DNA from: Actinomycetota bacterium
GTDB taxonomy: Bacteria > Actinomycetota > Actinomycetes > Propionibacteriales > Propionibacteriaceae
NCBI GenBank assembly: GCA_020161795.1
Contig: JAIUOR010000003.1
Span: forward strand, 10,971 to 34,970
Reading direction: 5' to 3'
Length of the DNA: 24,000 nucleotides
This document shows, piece by piece, positions 1-8,650 of the stretch; within the stretch, counting starts at the first letter, position 1; each line of letters opens with the position of its first letter. Below the pieces are notes generated by a model, which did not search any database, was not told where the DNA came from, and saw only the letters and a list, made by a program, of their open reading frames with translations. Both the position numbers and the translations under genes were made by a program.

Positions 1-47
1 CCTTTCGACCGAGGTTCAGCCTACCGGCGTGCCGAAGCCCGCTACCG

Positions 48-1390
<1,343 letters not shown>

Positions 1391-1394
1391 CCTT

Positions 1395-2588
1395 GTGAGT
1401 GCGTTCGCTGAGGAGACCGAGCTGCTGACGTCCCCCGAGGCAGCGGATCTACTTCAGACGGCGCTCACCGGCGATCCAGAGGTCGTCCTGCCGGGCTTCA
1501 CCGCCCGGCTGGACGACCTTCACTATCGTCCGGGCTCTGAGGTCACGGCGATCTACACGGTGAGTTTCGACACCCCGGACGGACAGACCACCGAACACCT
1601 CCTGGCCACGACCGCGGCCGTGTCCGGAGAGGTCGCCACCCTGACCCGGCAGGACATCACCCTGCGGGTGTGGCGGCATCCCGCCGATCCGCGCCTGCCC
1701 GGGCTGGCACCCGCCTGCGATCCCGCCACCGTGCTCGGCTGGCTCGGCGACGCCGAGCCGCGCCTGCGGGAGGCGGCCGCGCTCCACCTCGAACTTCTCG
1801 CCTACCGCCCGCTGCGCCGGGCGGTGCTGCGCGCGAGCGCGGACGGCGAGCACTTCTACCTCAAGGTGATGCGACCCGGCTACGACGATCGGCTGGCTGC
1901 CAGGCAGAACCTCCTGGCCGCCGTCGACCTGACCGTGCCGCTGCTGGCACGGCCGGTGCCCGGGGTGCTGATCTCTCCGAGTGTCCCCGGCCGGTCGCTG
2001 GCGCACCGGCTCGTGGAATGGCAACGTGGCAGGGCTCCGCTACCCCAGCCCGGGGAACTCCTCGCCCTGCTGGACCGGCTTCCCGCCGGCGCGCTCGATC
2101 TCCCCCGGCGTTCTTCGTGGAGCGAGAACGTCGAGTTCCACGCCGCCACCGCCCGCCAGCAACTCCCCGCCGAGACGGCGCGCATCGACGCGCTCGCCGC
2201 GCGGGTCGCAGCGGTGGCCGGCCAGGGCCGGCACGGTCCGGTGGTACCCACCCACGGCGACTTCTACGAGGCCAACGTCTTCGTCGAGGACGACACGCTT
2301 CGCTTCATCGACGTCGACTCGGTGGGCCCCGGGCTGCGCGAGGACGACCTGGCCTGCTGCCTGGCCCACCTCGCGGTGCTGCCCAGCCTCGATCCGAACG
2401 CCTACCCCCGCGTCCCCGAGGTGCTGGATGCCTGGCAGCACGCCTTCGAGCAGCGGGTCGACCCGGTCGACCTGCGCGCGCGGATCGCCGGGGTGCTGCT
2501 CAGCCTGGTCGCCGGAGCCGAGCCGGATCAGGCGCTGCGCCGCCTCGAGATCGCCGAGCACTACGCCGTCTCGATGCACGAGCGCTGA
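1395..2588 (+). CDS. Phosphotransferase family protein (aminoglycoside/choline-kinase-like fold)
   Basis: Catalytic-loop motif HGDFYEANVF and metal-binding IDVDS are typical of the APH/ChoK kinase fold. GTG start lies 4 nt after the upstream stop, preceded by GGGAGA. Substrate unknown. Confidence 0.8.
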   Translation: MSAFAEETELLTSPEAADLLQTALTGDPEVVLPGFTARLDDLHYRPGSEVTAIYTVSFDTPDGQTTEHLLATTAAVSGEVATLTRQDITLRVWRHPADPRLPGLAPACDPATVLGWLGDAEPRLREAAALHLELLAYRPLRRAVLRASADGEHFYLKVMRPGYDDRLAARQNLLAAVDLTVPLLARPVPGVLISPSVPGRSLAHRLVEWQRGRAPLPQPGELLALLDRLPAGALDLPRRSSWSENVEFHAATARQQLPAETARIDALAARVAAVAGQGRHGPVVPTHGDFYEANVFVEDDTLRFIDVDSVGPGLREDDLACCLAHLAVLPSLDPNAYPRVPEVLDAWQHAFEQRVDPVDLRARIAGVLLSLVAGAEPDQALRRLEIAEHYAVSMHER

Positions 2589-2609
2589 GCGACGCCGGGT
2601 CCCGGTTCA

Positions 2610-2623
2610 TGAGAGAAGTCTCA
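2610..2623. promoter_or_regulatory. Palindrome variant TGAGAGAAGTCTCA (copy 2, 12/14 identical), 63 nt upstream of the ATG at 2686
   Basis: Read directly. Its distance to the paralog start codon matches copy 1 (within 1 nt), while the rest of the leader has diverged. Confidence 0.45.
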
Positions 2624-2685
2624 TCCGGATGCAGCGGTTGCCCTCATCCGGCGCTATTAGCCTGGAAGGGTCGAAGGGAAAGCTC

Positions 2686-3093
2686 ATGCCGCTGTCGAAA
2701 TCCGCGATCGCCTGGGCGGTCTCCGGCACCCTCGGGGTCGGCACCTGCACCCTGGGCATCATGGCGATGAACTCCGGCGTACCGGCCGGGGCCGATCCGC
2801 AGCCCGCGATCGTGATCGGCGCCACCGCGCCGGCCTCGCCCACCGCGACGCCGAGCGCGTCGCCGGCCAAGCCCAGCCCCACCGCACCGATCCTCACCGC
2901 TGCGACCGCGCCCACCGCGGTCACGGCGAAGACCCCGGTCTCGGCCAAGACCCCGGCCACCCCCAAGAAGAAGGTCACCAAGCAGGCGGTCTCACCGAAG
3001 ACGCCGGCTTCCCCCAAGACTCCGCGTTCGCCGCAGACGGCCCCCTCCCCGGTCAGCCCGGCATCCCCGATCAGCGCGAACTCCGGCGACTGA
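2686..3093 (+). CDS. Secreted or anchored low-complexity protein, paralog of 869..1390
   Basis: Shares N-terminal S-x-x-AWAV-[ST]-G-x-[IL]-G, a PT/AP-rich middle, degenerate K-T-P / S-P-K motifs and the same C-terminal SGD. ATG follows GAAGGGAAAG. Confidence 0.7.
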   Translation: MPLSKSAIAWAVSGTLGVGTCTLGIMAMNSGVPAGADPQPAIVIGATAPASPTATPSASPAKPSPTAPILTAATAPTAVTAKTPVSAKTPATPKKKVTKQAVSPKTPASPKTPRSPQTAPSPVSPASPISANSGD

Positions 3094-3104
3094 ACACGCG
3101 CCGG

Positions 3105-3560
3105 TCAGCGGCGATGCCAGGCGTCTTCGGACGAGATCAGCCGCTGGACGCTCTCCGGCAGGCGTCCGGCCACCAGGTCGGCCACCGTGGTCGATTCGAG
3201 AATCTCGCGCACCGCGGCGCGCACCGCGACCCAGACATCGGTCAGCGCCTGCGCCGCCCCGGGGTAGGACACCCCCTCCGGAGCGACTCCCCGGACGGCG
3301 GCCAGCGGCCCGTCGACGGCCCGCATCACGTCGGCCAGGGTGATCTCGCCCGGCGAGCGGGCCAGCTGGAAGCCGCCGCCGGCGCCGCGCCGCGAGGTGA
3401 GAATCCCGTCCCGGACCAGGTCGCGCAGGATCGACTCCAGGAACTTGCCCGGCAGGCCCTGGGCCTCGGCCAGGTCGTTGCGGGAGAGCGGCCGTTCCGG
3501 CTCGGCCGCCAACTCGGCCACGGCACGGAGTGCGTACTCGGCGCGCGCCGTGACCTGCAT
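3105..3560 (-). CDS. Rrf2 family transcriptional regulator (no cysteines, CymR-like)
   Basis: N-terminal winged-helix pattern (AEYALRAV...L...I...FLE.IL..L...G...S.RG..GG) is typical of Rrf2. The 151-aa sequence contains no Cys at all. It starts 11 nt after the permease stop. Confidence 0.85.
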   Translation of the reverse strand: MQVTARAEYALRAVAELAAEPERPLSRNDLAEAQGLPGKFLESILRDLVRDGILTSRRGAGGGFQLARSPGEITLADVMRAVDGPLAAVRGVAPEGVSYPGAAQALTDVWVAVRAAVREILESTTVADLVAGRLPESVQRLISSEDAWHRR

Positions 3561-3571
3561 CCTTGCCCCTT

Positions 3572-4447
3572 CTACAGCCGCGTCGCTCCCAGCCCGCGGT
3601 TCCTACGAACGATCTCGGTGAGCTTGCTGAACAGCCCGTCGAACACCGTGCCCAGCACCAGGACCACGATCATGATAGCCAGCAGCGCCGGAGCATTGGC
3701 GAACTCGCGGTAGTACTGCAGCTGCACGCCCAGCGAGGGCTTGCTGGCGATGATCACCAGCAGCTCACCGGCCATCAGCGACCGCCAGGCGAAGGCCCAG
3801 CCCTGCTTGAGCCCGGCGACGTAGGTGAGCAGCGCGGAGGGCAGGATGACATAGCGGTAGATCGTGAACCCCTTGGCGCCCAGCACCTTGGCGGTCTGAA
3901 GCAGCGGCGGCGGGACGTCGTCGATGCCCGAGATCAGCCCGTTCGCGATGGACGGCGCCGCCCCCAGCACGACCACGAAGGTGATCGCGTTCTCGGTCAG
4001 CCCGAACAGCAGGATGGCGAACGGGAACCAGGCGATCGACGGCATGGTCTGCAGGCCGGTCAGCATGGAGCCGATCGCGGCCCGCAGCACCCCGGACGCC
4101 GACACGGCGATTCCCAGCACCGTCCCGATCAGCAGGGCCAGCGCGAAGCCGAGCACGGCCCGCGCCAGCGTGTTGCCGAGTGCCTGCCAGAACTTCGGCT
4201 CGCCGAGGAAGGCGAGCAGCTCGGCGCCCACCTCGCCGGGCGAGGGCAGGACGTAGTCGGGCTTCCAGCCCGTCCAGAACACGATCTGCCACGCGGCGAC
4301 GGCCAGGGCCACGGCCAGCAGGCCGGGCCAGACCTTCGCCCAGACCCGCCGCGGCTGCCGCGACGGAGCCTCGGCGGGTTCCGGCGCCGGGGTCGGCAGC
4401 GGCGTCCGGGGCGTCGCCAGTTCCGCGGTGTGCGATACGAGGGTCAT
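3572..4447 (-). CDS. ABC transporter permease, NitT/TauT (sulfonate/taurine/nitrate-type) family
   Basis: Multi-TM protein with a BPD-transporter-like core. ATGA overlap with the upstream ATPase gene (4444-4447). Confidence 0.85.
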   Translation of the reverse strand: MTLVSHTAELATPRTPLPTPAPEPAEAPSRQPRRVWAKVWPGLLAVALAVAAWQIVFWTGWKPDYVLPSPGEVGAELLAFLGEPKFWQALGNTLARAVLGFALALLIGTVLGIAVSASGVLRAAIGSMLTGLQTMPSIAWFPFAILLFGLTENAITFVVVLGAAPSIANGLISGIDDVPPPLLQTAKVLGAKGFTIYRYVILPSALLTYVAGLKQGWAFAWRSLMAGELLVIIASKPSLGVQLQYYREFANAPALLAIMIVVLVLGTVFDGLFSKLTEIVRRNRGLGATRL

Positions 4448-5211
4448 GACGCCAGCCTCTCCAGCGCGGAGGCGGTGTCGTGCAGGTCCATCAGCTGGTG
4501 CAGAATTCCCGACTGCTCCGCCACGGCCGCGTCCTCCATGCGGCGCGGACGAGGCAGCGCGATGGCCACGTCATCGACGATCCGGCCGGGCGACGGGCTC
4601 ATCACGACCACCCGGTTGCTCAGCCGCGCCGCCTCCCGCACGTTGTGGGTCACGAAGACCACCGTGATCCCCCGCTCTATCCAGATCCGTTCGATGTGCT
4701 CGTGCATGCCGTCGCGAGTGATCGCGTCGAGCGCCGCGAACGGCTCGTCCATCAGCAGGATCCGGCAATCCTGCGCCAGCGACCGGGCCAGCGCGACGCG
4801 CTGCCGCATGCCGCCGGAGAGCTCATGGGGACGCTTGTCGCCGGCCTGCGGGAGCTGGACGATCTCCAGCAACTCGGCGACCCGGTCACGCCAGCTCTGC
4901 CTCGGCACTCCGGAAAGGCGCAACGCCAGCTCGATATTGCCGCTCACCGTCAGCCACGGGAACAGGTTGGCATCCTGGAACATCATGCCGACCCGATGGC
5001 CGTGGGTGTCGACGCTGCCGGAGGTGGGCTGCGTCAGGCCGGCGAGCAGCGACAACAGCGTGCTCTTGCCGCAACCCGACCGCCCCAGCAGGCAGACGAA
5101 GTCCCCGTCGGCCACCTTCAGGCTGACCTGGCTCAGCGCGGTGGTGCGCTGCCCGTGACCCCCGAACACCTTGGTGACGTTCTCCACCGTCAAGGCGACC
5201 CCGGCGCTCAT
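4444..5211 (-). CDS. ABC transporter ATP-binding protein, NitT/TauT family
   Basis: Walker A GRSGCGKST, signature LSGGMRQR, Walker B ILLMDEPF. True start is the internal ATG at 5211 (MSAGVALTVENV...), which forms an ATGA overlap with the binding-protein stop. The tracked extension to 5652 is rejected. Confidence 0.9.
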   Translation of the reverse strand: MSAGVALTVENVTKVFGGHGQRTTALSQVSLKVADGDFVCLLGRSGCGKSTLLSLLAGLTQPTSGSVDTHGHRVGMMFQDANLFPWLTVSGNIELALRLSGVPRQSWRDRVAELLEIVQLPQAGDKRPHELSGGMRQRVALARSLAQDCRILLMDEPFAALDAITRDGMHEHIERIWIERGITVVFVTHNVREAARLSNRVVVMSPSPGRIVDDVAIALPRPRRMEDAAVAEQSGILHQLMDLHDTASALERLAS

Positions 5212-6260
5212 GCGTCGCTCACCTCCGCCTCGCCGCGCTCCTTCAGCAGCCCGTTGAGGAGGTCGAGGGAGTACAGGCCGGACAGGTCGGCGGAATCCAG
5301 CAGCCCCACCTCGCTGGCGTGGGCCGCGCCCTCCCGGAGCGTGCTGGCCAACGGATCGGCGGTGAACACCACGTTGCCCCAGGCCTGATCCAGCACCTCG
5401 GCGTTCATCGGCTTGCCCGAGATCTCGGCGATCGAATCGTTGACGATCTTCTTGGAATCCTCCGGATCCTCGGCGATGTACTCCAGCGAGTCCAGCAGCC
5501 CGGAGAGGAATGCCTTGACCTGATCGGGATGCTGCTCCAGGAACGCGGTACGCACGATCACGTTGGTGACGATGAACCGTCCGTTCGGCCAGAGATCCGG
5601 CTCGTCGACCAGGACATGGCCCCCGGCCTCGCGCACCAGCCGGGTCGCCCACGGCTCGGGCACCCAGGCCCCGTCGATCTCCCCGGCGGAGAAGGCCTGC
5701 AACGCCGTGGCATTGTCCTGCGGCATGATGCTCACGTCGCCGCCGCCCTCGGGGGTGGTCTCGAAACCCTGCTGCTTCAGCCAGTACCGCAGGGCGACGT
5801 CCTGGGTGTTGCCCAGCTGGGGCGTGGCCAGCTTGGTCCCCGCCAACTGCGAGGGCTCGGTGATGCCCTCCCGCACCACCAGCGCCGCACCATTGGCCGC
5901 GGCGCCGGCGATCACCCGCAGCGACTGGCCCTTCGACTGGGTGTAGCCGGTGATGGTCGGGTTCGGCCCGATGAAGGTGATGTCGACCGATCCGGCGTTC
6001 AACGCCTCGATCGCGGCCGGGCCGGCGTTGAAGGTGACGGTCTTCAGCTCGGTCCCCTCCCCCAGCGCATCGGCGAAGTAGCCCTTGTCGACGCCGACCA
6101 GCGCCGGCGCGTGCGTGAGGTTCGGGAAGTAGCCCAGCGTCAGCGAGGCCGCCTGGCCGCCTGGCTCGCCACCATCGGCGGCACCACTACTGCACCCACT
6201 CGCCAGACCCAACGACAGCGCTGCCGCCAACGCGACGATCCTGCTCATCCGGATATGCAT
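5208..6260 (-). CDS. ABC transporter substrate-binding lipoprotein, NMT1/SsuA-like
   Basis: Lipobox LASGC after a hydrophobic N-terminus. Length and context fit the NitT/TauT-family binding component. An alternative start at 6248 (MSRIV) is possible. Confidence 0.8.
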   Translation of the reverse strand: MHIRMSRIVALAAALSLGLASGCSSGAADGGEPGGQAASLTLGYFPNLTHAPALVGVDKGYFADALGEGTELKTVTFNAGPAAIEALNAGSVDITFIGPNPTITGYTQSKGQSLRVIAGAAANGAALVVREGITEPSQLAGTKLATPQLGNTQDVALRYWLKQQGFETTPEGGGDVSIMPQDNATALQAFSAGEIDGAWVPEPWATRLVREAGGHVLVDEPDLWPNGRFIVTNVIVRTAFLEQHPDQVKAFLSGLLDSLEYIAEDPEDSKKIVNDSIAEISGKPMNAEVLDQAWGNVVFTADPLASTLREGAAHASEVGLLDSADLSGLYSLDLLNGLLKERGEAEVSDA

Positions 6261-6296
6261 ATTCCCCCCAAGTTCCCTATGAATCCGATGAACTCT

Positions 6297-6320
6297 ATTA
6301 GATCAGTAGGATTAGTAGGA
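6297..6320. promoter_or_regulatory. A+T-rich tandem 9-mers AT[CT]AGTAGG x2, preceded by ATTAG, in the ABC-operon promoter region
   Basis: Read directly (attag atcagtagg attagtagg a). On the transcribed strand it reads TCCTACTAATCCTACTGATCTAAT, 40-60 nt upstream of the binding-protein ATG. Confidence 0.35.
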
Positions 6321-6352
6321 AGCAAGAGTGTCCACGGAACGGTCAGCCGGAA

Positions 6353-7018
6353 TCAGACGAGGCGGTAGCCCATGCCGCGCACAGTCTCGAAGTACTCCGC
6401 GCCGAGCTTGCGGCGCAGGTAGCGGACGTAGACGTCGACCACGTTCGAGCCCGGATCGAAGTCGTAGCCCCAGGCCCCGGAGAGCAGCTGCTCCCGGCTG
6501 AGGACGTGCCCCGGATTGCGCAGGAACATCTCCGCCAGGGTGAACTCCCGGGCGGTGAGATCGACGCTGCGACCGGCCACGGTCGCCCGGCGGGTACGCA
6601 GGTCGAGGCTCCACTCACCGTGGGTGAGCACCATCGCCGATTCGGCGGCCTCGCCGCCGTCGGTCCGCAGCCGCAGCTGGATGCGAGCCAGCAGCTCCTC
6701 GAAGCTGAAGGGCTTGGGCATGTAGTCGTCGGCGCCGGATTGCAGCCCGGCCACGGTGTCCGCGACCGACGAACGCGCGGTGAGCATGATCACCGGAGTG
6801 GTGACGCCCTGGCCGCGGATCCGCGAGAGCACCTCGAAGCCGTCCATGTCGGGCAGCCCGACATCCAGCACGATCAGGTCGGCCTCGCCGCCGATCGCCA
6901 GGCTGACCGCGTTGTAGCCCGAATCCTCGACGATGGTCGCGAACCCGGCGGCTTTCAGGCCCTTGGCGATGAACGCGGCGATCCGCGGTTCGTCCTCAAC
7001 GATCAGAATCTGGCTCAT
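6353..7018 (-). CDS. OmpR/PhoB-family response regulator
   Basis: Receiver motifs (ILIVEDE; LIVLDVGLPDMDG; MLTA; KPF) plus a C-terminal winged-helix (LT.REF.L...). Confidence 0.92.
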   Translation of the reverse strand: MSQILIVEDEPRIAAFIAKGLKAAGFATIVEDSGYNAVSLAIGGEADLIVLDVGLPDMDGFEVLSRIRGQGVTTPVIMLTARSSVADTVAGLQSGADDYMPKPFSFEELLARIQLRLRTDGGEAAESAMVLTHGEWSLDLRTRRATVAGRSVDLTAREFTLAEMFLRNPGHVLSREQLLSGAWGYDFDPGSNVVDVYVRYLRRKLGAEYFETVRGMGYRLV

Positions 7019-8483
7019 CGTCCTCCTCCTGGTGGGGCGCGGCTTCGGTCGGGATCACGATGGAGATGCGGCTGCCGACGTCCGTCATCGACTGCACGTC
7101 GATCCGGCCGCCGTGGGCGTTGGCGATGGATGCCACGATCGCCAGCCCCAGGCCGGTGCCGGTGCCGCCTCGTCCCAGCACCTTGCGGCTCAGGATGCGC
7201 AGCCGTTCGTCCTCGGGGATGCCGACGCCTTCGTCGCGCACCCAGAGCCACAGTTCGCCCTCGGCCAGCCGGCTGCCCATCCCCACCGTCGAGCCCGGCT
7301 CGGAGTACTGCACGGCGTTGGCCGCCAGTTGCAGCCAGGCCTGCGCTATCCGCTGCGGGTCGAGCGCCACCTCGGCGTCGGCGAGCTGGTCGAGCACCCA
7401 GTGCCGATCCCCCAGGCTGCTCGCCTTGGCCAGGGTCTCGTCGGTGAGCCTGGCGACGTCCACCGGCTCGGTCACCACGAAGTCGGGCTGTTCGGCCTTA
7501 GCCAGGGTGAGCAGATCGTCCACCAGCCGGCGCATGCGGTCCAGTTCGTCGAGCACCAGGGTGCGGGTGGCTGTGACGTCGCCGGGGTCGGCGGCGTCCA
7601 TCAGCTCCAGGTGGCCGCGGACGATGGTCAACGGCGTCCGGAGTTCGTGGCCGACGTCGTCCAGCAGTTCACGCTGCGCGCTGACCGCCGATTCCAGCCG
7701 GTCGAGCATGCCGTTGACGGTGCCGGCGAGCGCCGACAGGTCGTCGTTGCCGCGCACCGGGATCCGCTGCGAGATGTCGGTCTCGGTGATCCGCTCGGCG
7801 GTCTGCCGCATCCAGCTGATCGGACGCAGCAGCCGTCCCACGACCAGCCAGATCAGCATCGCCACCAGCAACAGCGCACCGATCGCGATCAGCGAATAGG
7901 TGATGTAGACCGGCTGCAGGACGGCCCGCTCCAGACCCATGTCCGCGACCCGCACCAGCGCGCCGGACGGGTCGCCTGCCAGGCCGCGGACCGGCACCAC
8001 GATGTAGCGGTACTCCCGGAGCGCGGTGGTCAGGTCGCCCTGCACCACCTGGTCGCCGGCGGCCAGTGGCAGTACCGCCGCCACCAGTTCCGGGTCGTCC
8101 TCGGGGCGCAGCACCACTCCGTCCGGTGCGGTCCAGCGGATCCGATTGCCCAGAACGGCGAAGGAGCCCTCGGCCGGGGGATGAACGGCGCGTTGCATGC
8201 TGGCCCGCAGCAGCGCCTCGACCCCGGTGAACGGTTCGCCCGTTTCGGGATCGTTGCCTTGGGCGAGCTGCGCCACCTCGTCGGCGGCCTGGGCCAGGTC
8301 GCTCGTCACGCGTTGCCGGGTGCTGGCCTCGCCCTGGATGTAGATCACCGCGCCGGAGAGCACCAGCGCCAGCCCGGTCAGGATCATGACGGCCGCGATC
8401 ACCCGGGCCCGGATGCTCCAGGCGGTTCGCGTCGCGGTCACCGTCCCAGTGTGCCGGACGCTCGCGCTCTGGCCGACCACCAT
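6996..8483 (-). CDS. Two-component sensor histidine kinase (two TM segments, HAMP, HisKA, HATPase)
   Basis: H-box HELRTPLT and G-boxes (GTGLGLAIV) are present. The stop overlaps the response-regulator start by 23 nt. The start is uncertain: ATG 8483 is used here, GTG 8441 and ATG 8567 are alternatives. Confidence 0.85.
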   Translation of the reverse strand: MVVGQSASVRHTGTVTATRTAWSIRARVIAAVMILTGLALVLSGAVIYIQGEASTRQRVTSDLAQAADEVAQLAQGNDPETGEPFTGVEALLRASMQRAVHPPAEGSFAVLGNRIRWTAPDGVVLRPEDDPELVAAVLPLAAGDQVVQGDLTTALREYRYIVVPVRGLAGDPSGALVRVADMGLERAVLQPVYITYSLIAIGALLLVAMLIWLVVGRLLRPISWMRQTAERITETDISQRIPVRGNDDLSALAGTVNGMLDRLESAVSAQRELLDDVGHELRTPLTIVRGHLELMDAADPGDVTATRTLVLDELDRMRRLVDDLLTLAKAEQPDFVVTEPVDVARLTDETLAKASSLGDRHWVLDQLADAEVALDPQRIAQAWLQLAANAVQYSEPGSTVGMGSRLAEGELWLWVRDEGVGIPEDERLRILSRKVLGRGGTGTGLGLAIVASIANAHGGRIDVQSMTDVGSRISIVIPTEAAPHQEEDDEPDSDR

Positions 8484-8496
8484 GAGAGGACTCTCA
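8483..8496. promoter_or_regulatory. 14-bp palindrome TGAGAGGACTCTCA (copy 3) at the 5' end of the sensor kinase gene
   Basis: Exact repeat of the 792-805 14-mer. Read on the minus strand the flanks also match copy 1 (GTGAGAG-NN-CTCTCATG-N-TGG). Confidence 0.45.
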
Positions 8497-8650
8497 CCCG
8501 CGCCGACCCTGGGAGGATTTGCACGCTGGATGGCCTGCAGCGCCGGAATTCGGCCTGTTCGCGGCATCTTCAGGGCGTTTTGTCCCGTCGATCCAGGACG
8601 GCCACCCGCGTGCGCCGGGCGGGCGGCTGTCGGGTCACTACAGTGAGCGC

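Noticed and set aside
2-12. 11-mer CTTTCGACCGA shared between 2-12 and 10589-10599, both close to gene 3' ends
   Set aside because: By a rough N-squared over 4^11 estimate, many 11-mer coincidences are expected in 24 kb. There is no extended similarity on either side.
1449-3093. Overlapping ORFs 1449-2024 (-), 1670-2770 (+), 1880-2251 (-), 1981-2685 (+, 5' part), 2040-2579 (-), 2607-3017 (-)
   Set aside because: All overlap the kinase-fold gene or the second repeat-protein gene in other frames. Their Arg/Pro/Ala-rich translations carry no recognisable motifs. Only the 1395-2588 frame carries catalytic motifs.
5212-5652. N-terminal 147-aa extension of the ATPase ORF (tracked as 4444-5652)
   Set aside because: The extension overlaps the binding-protein gene out of frame and is Arg/Gly-rich. 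The internal ATG at 5211 gives a canonical ABC ATPase N-terminus and an ATGA coupling overlap.
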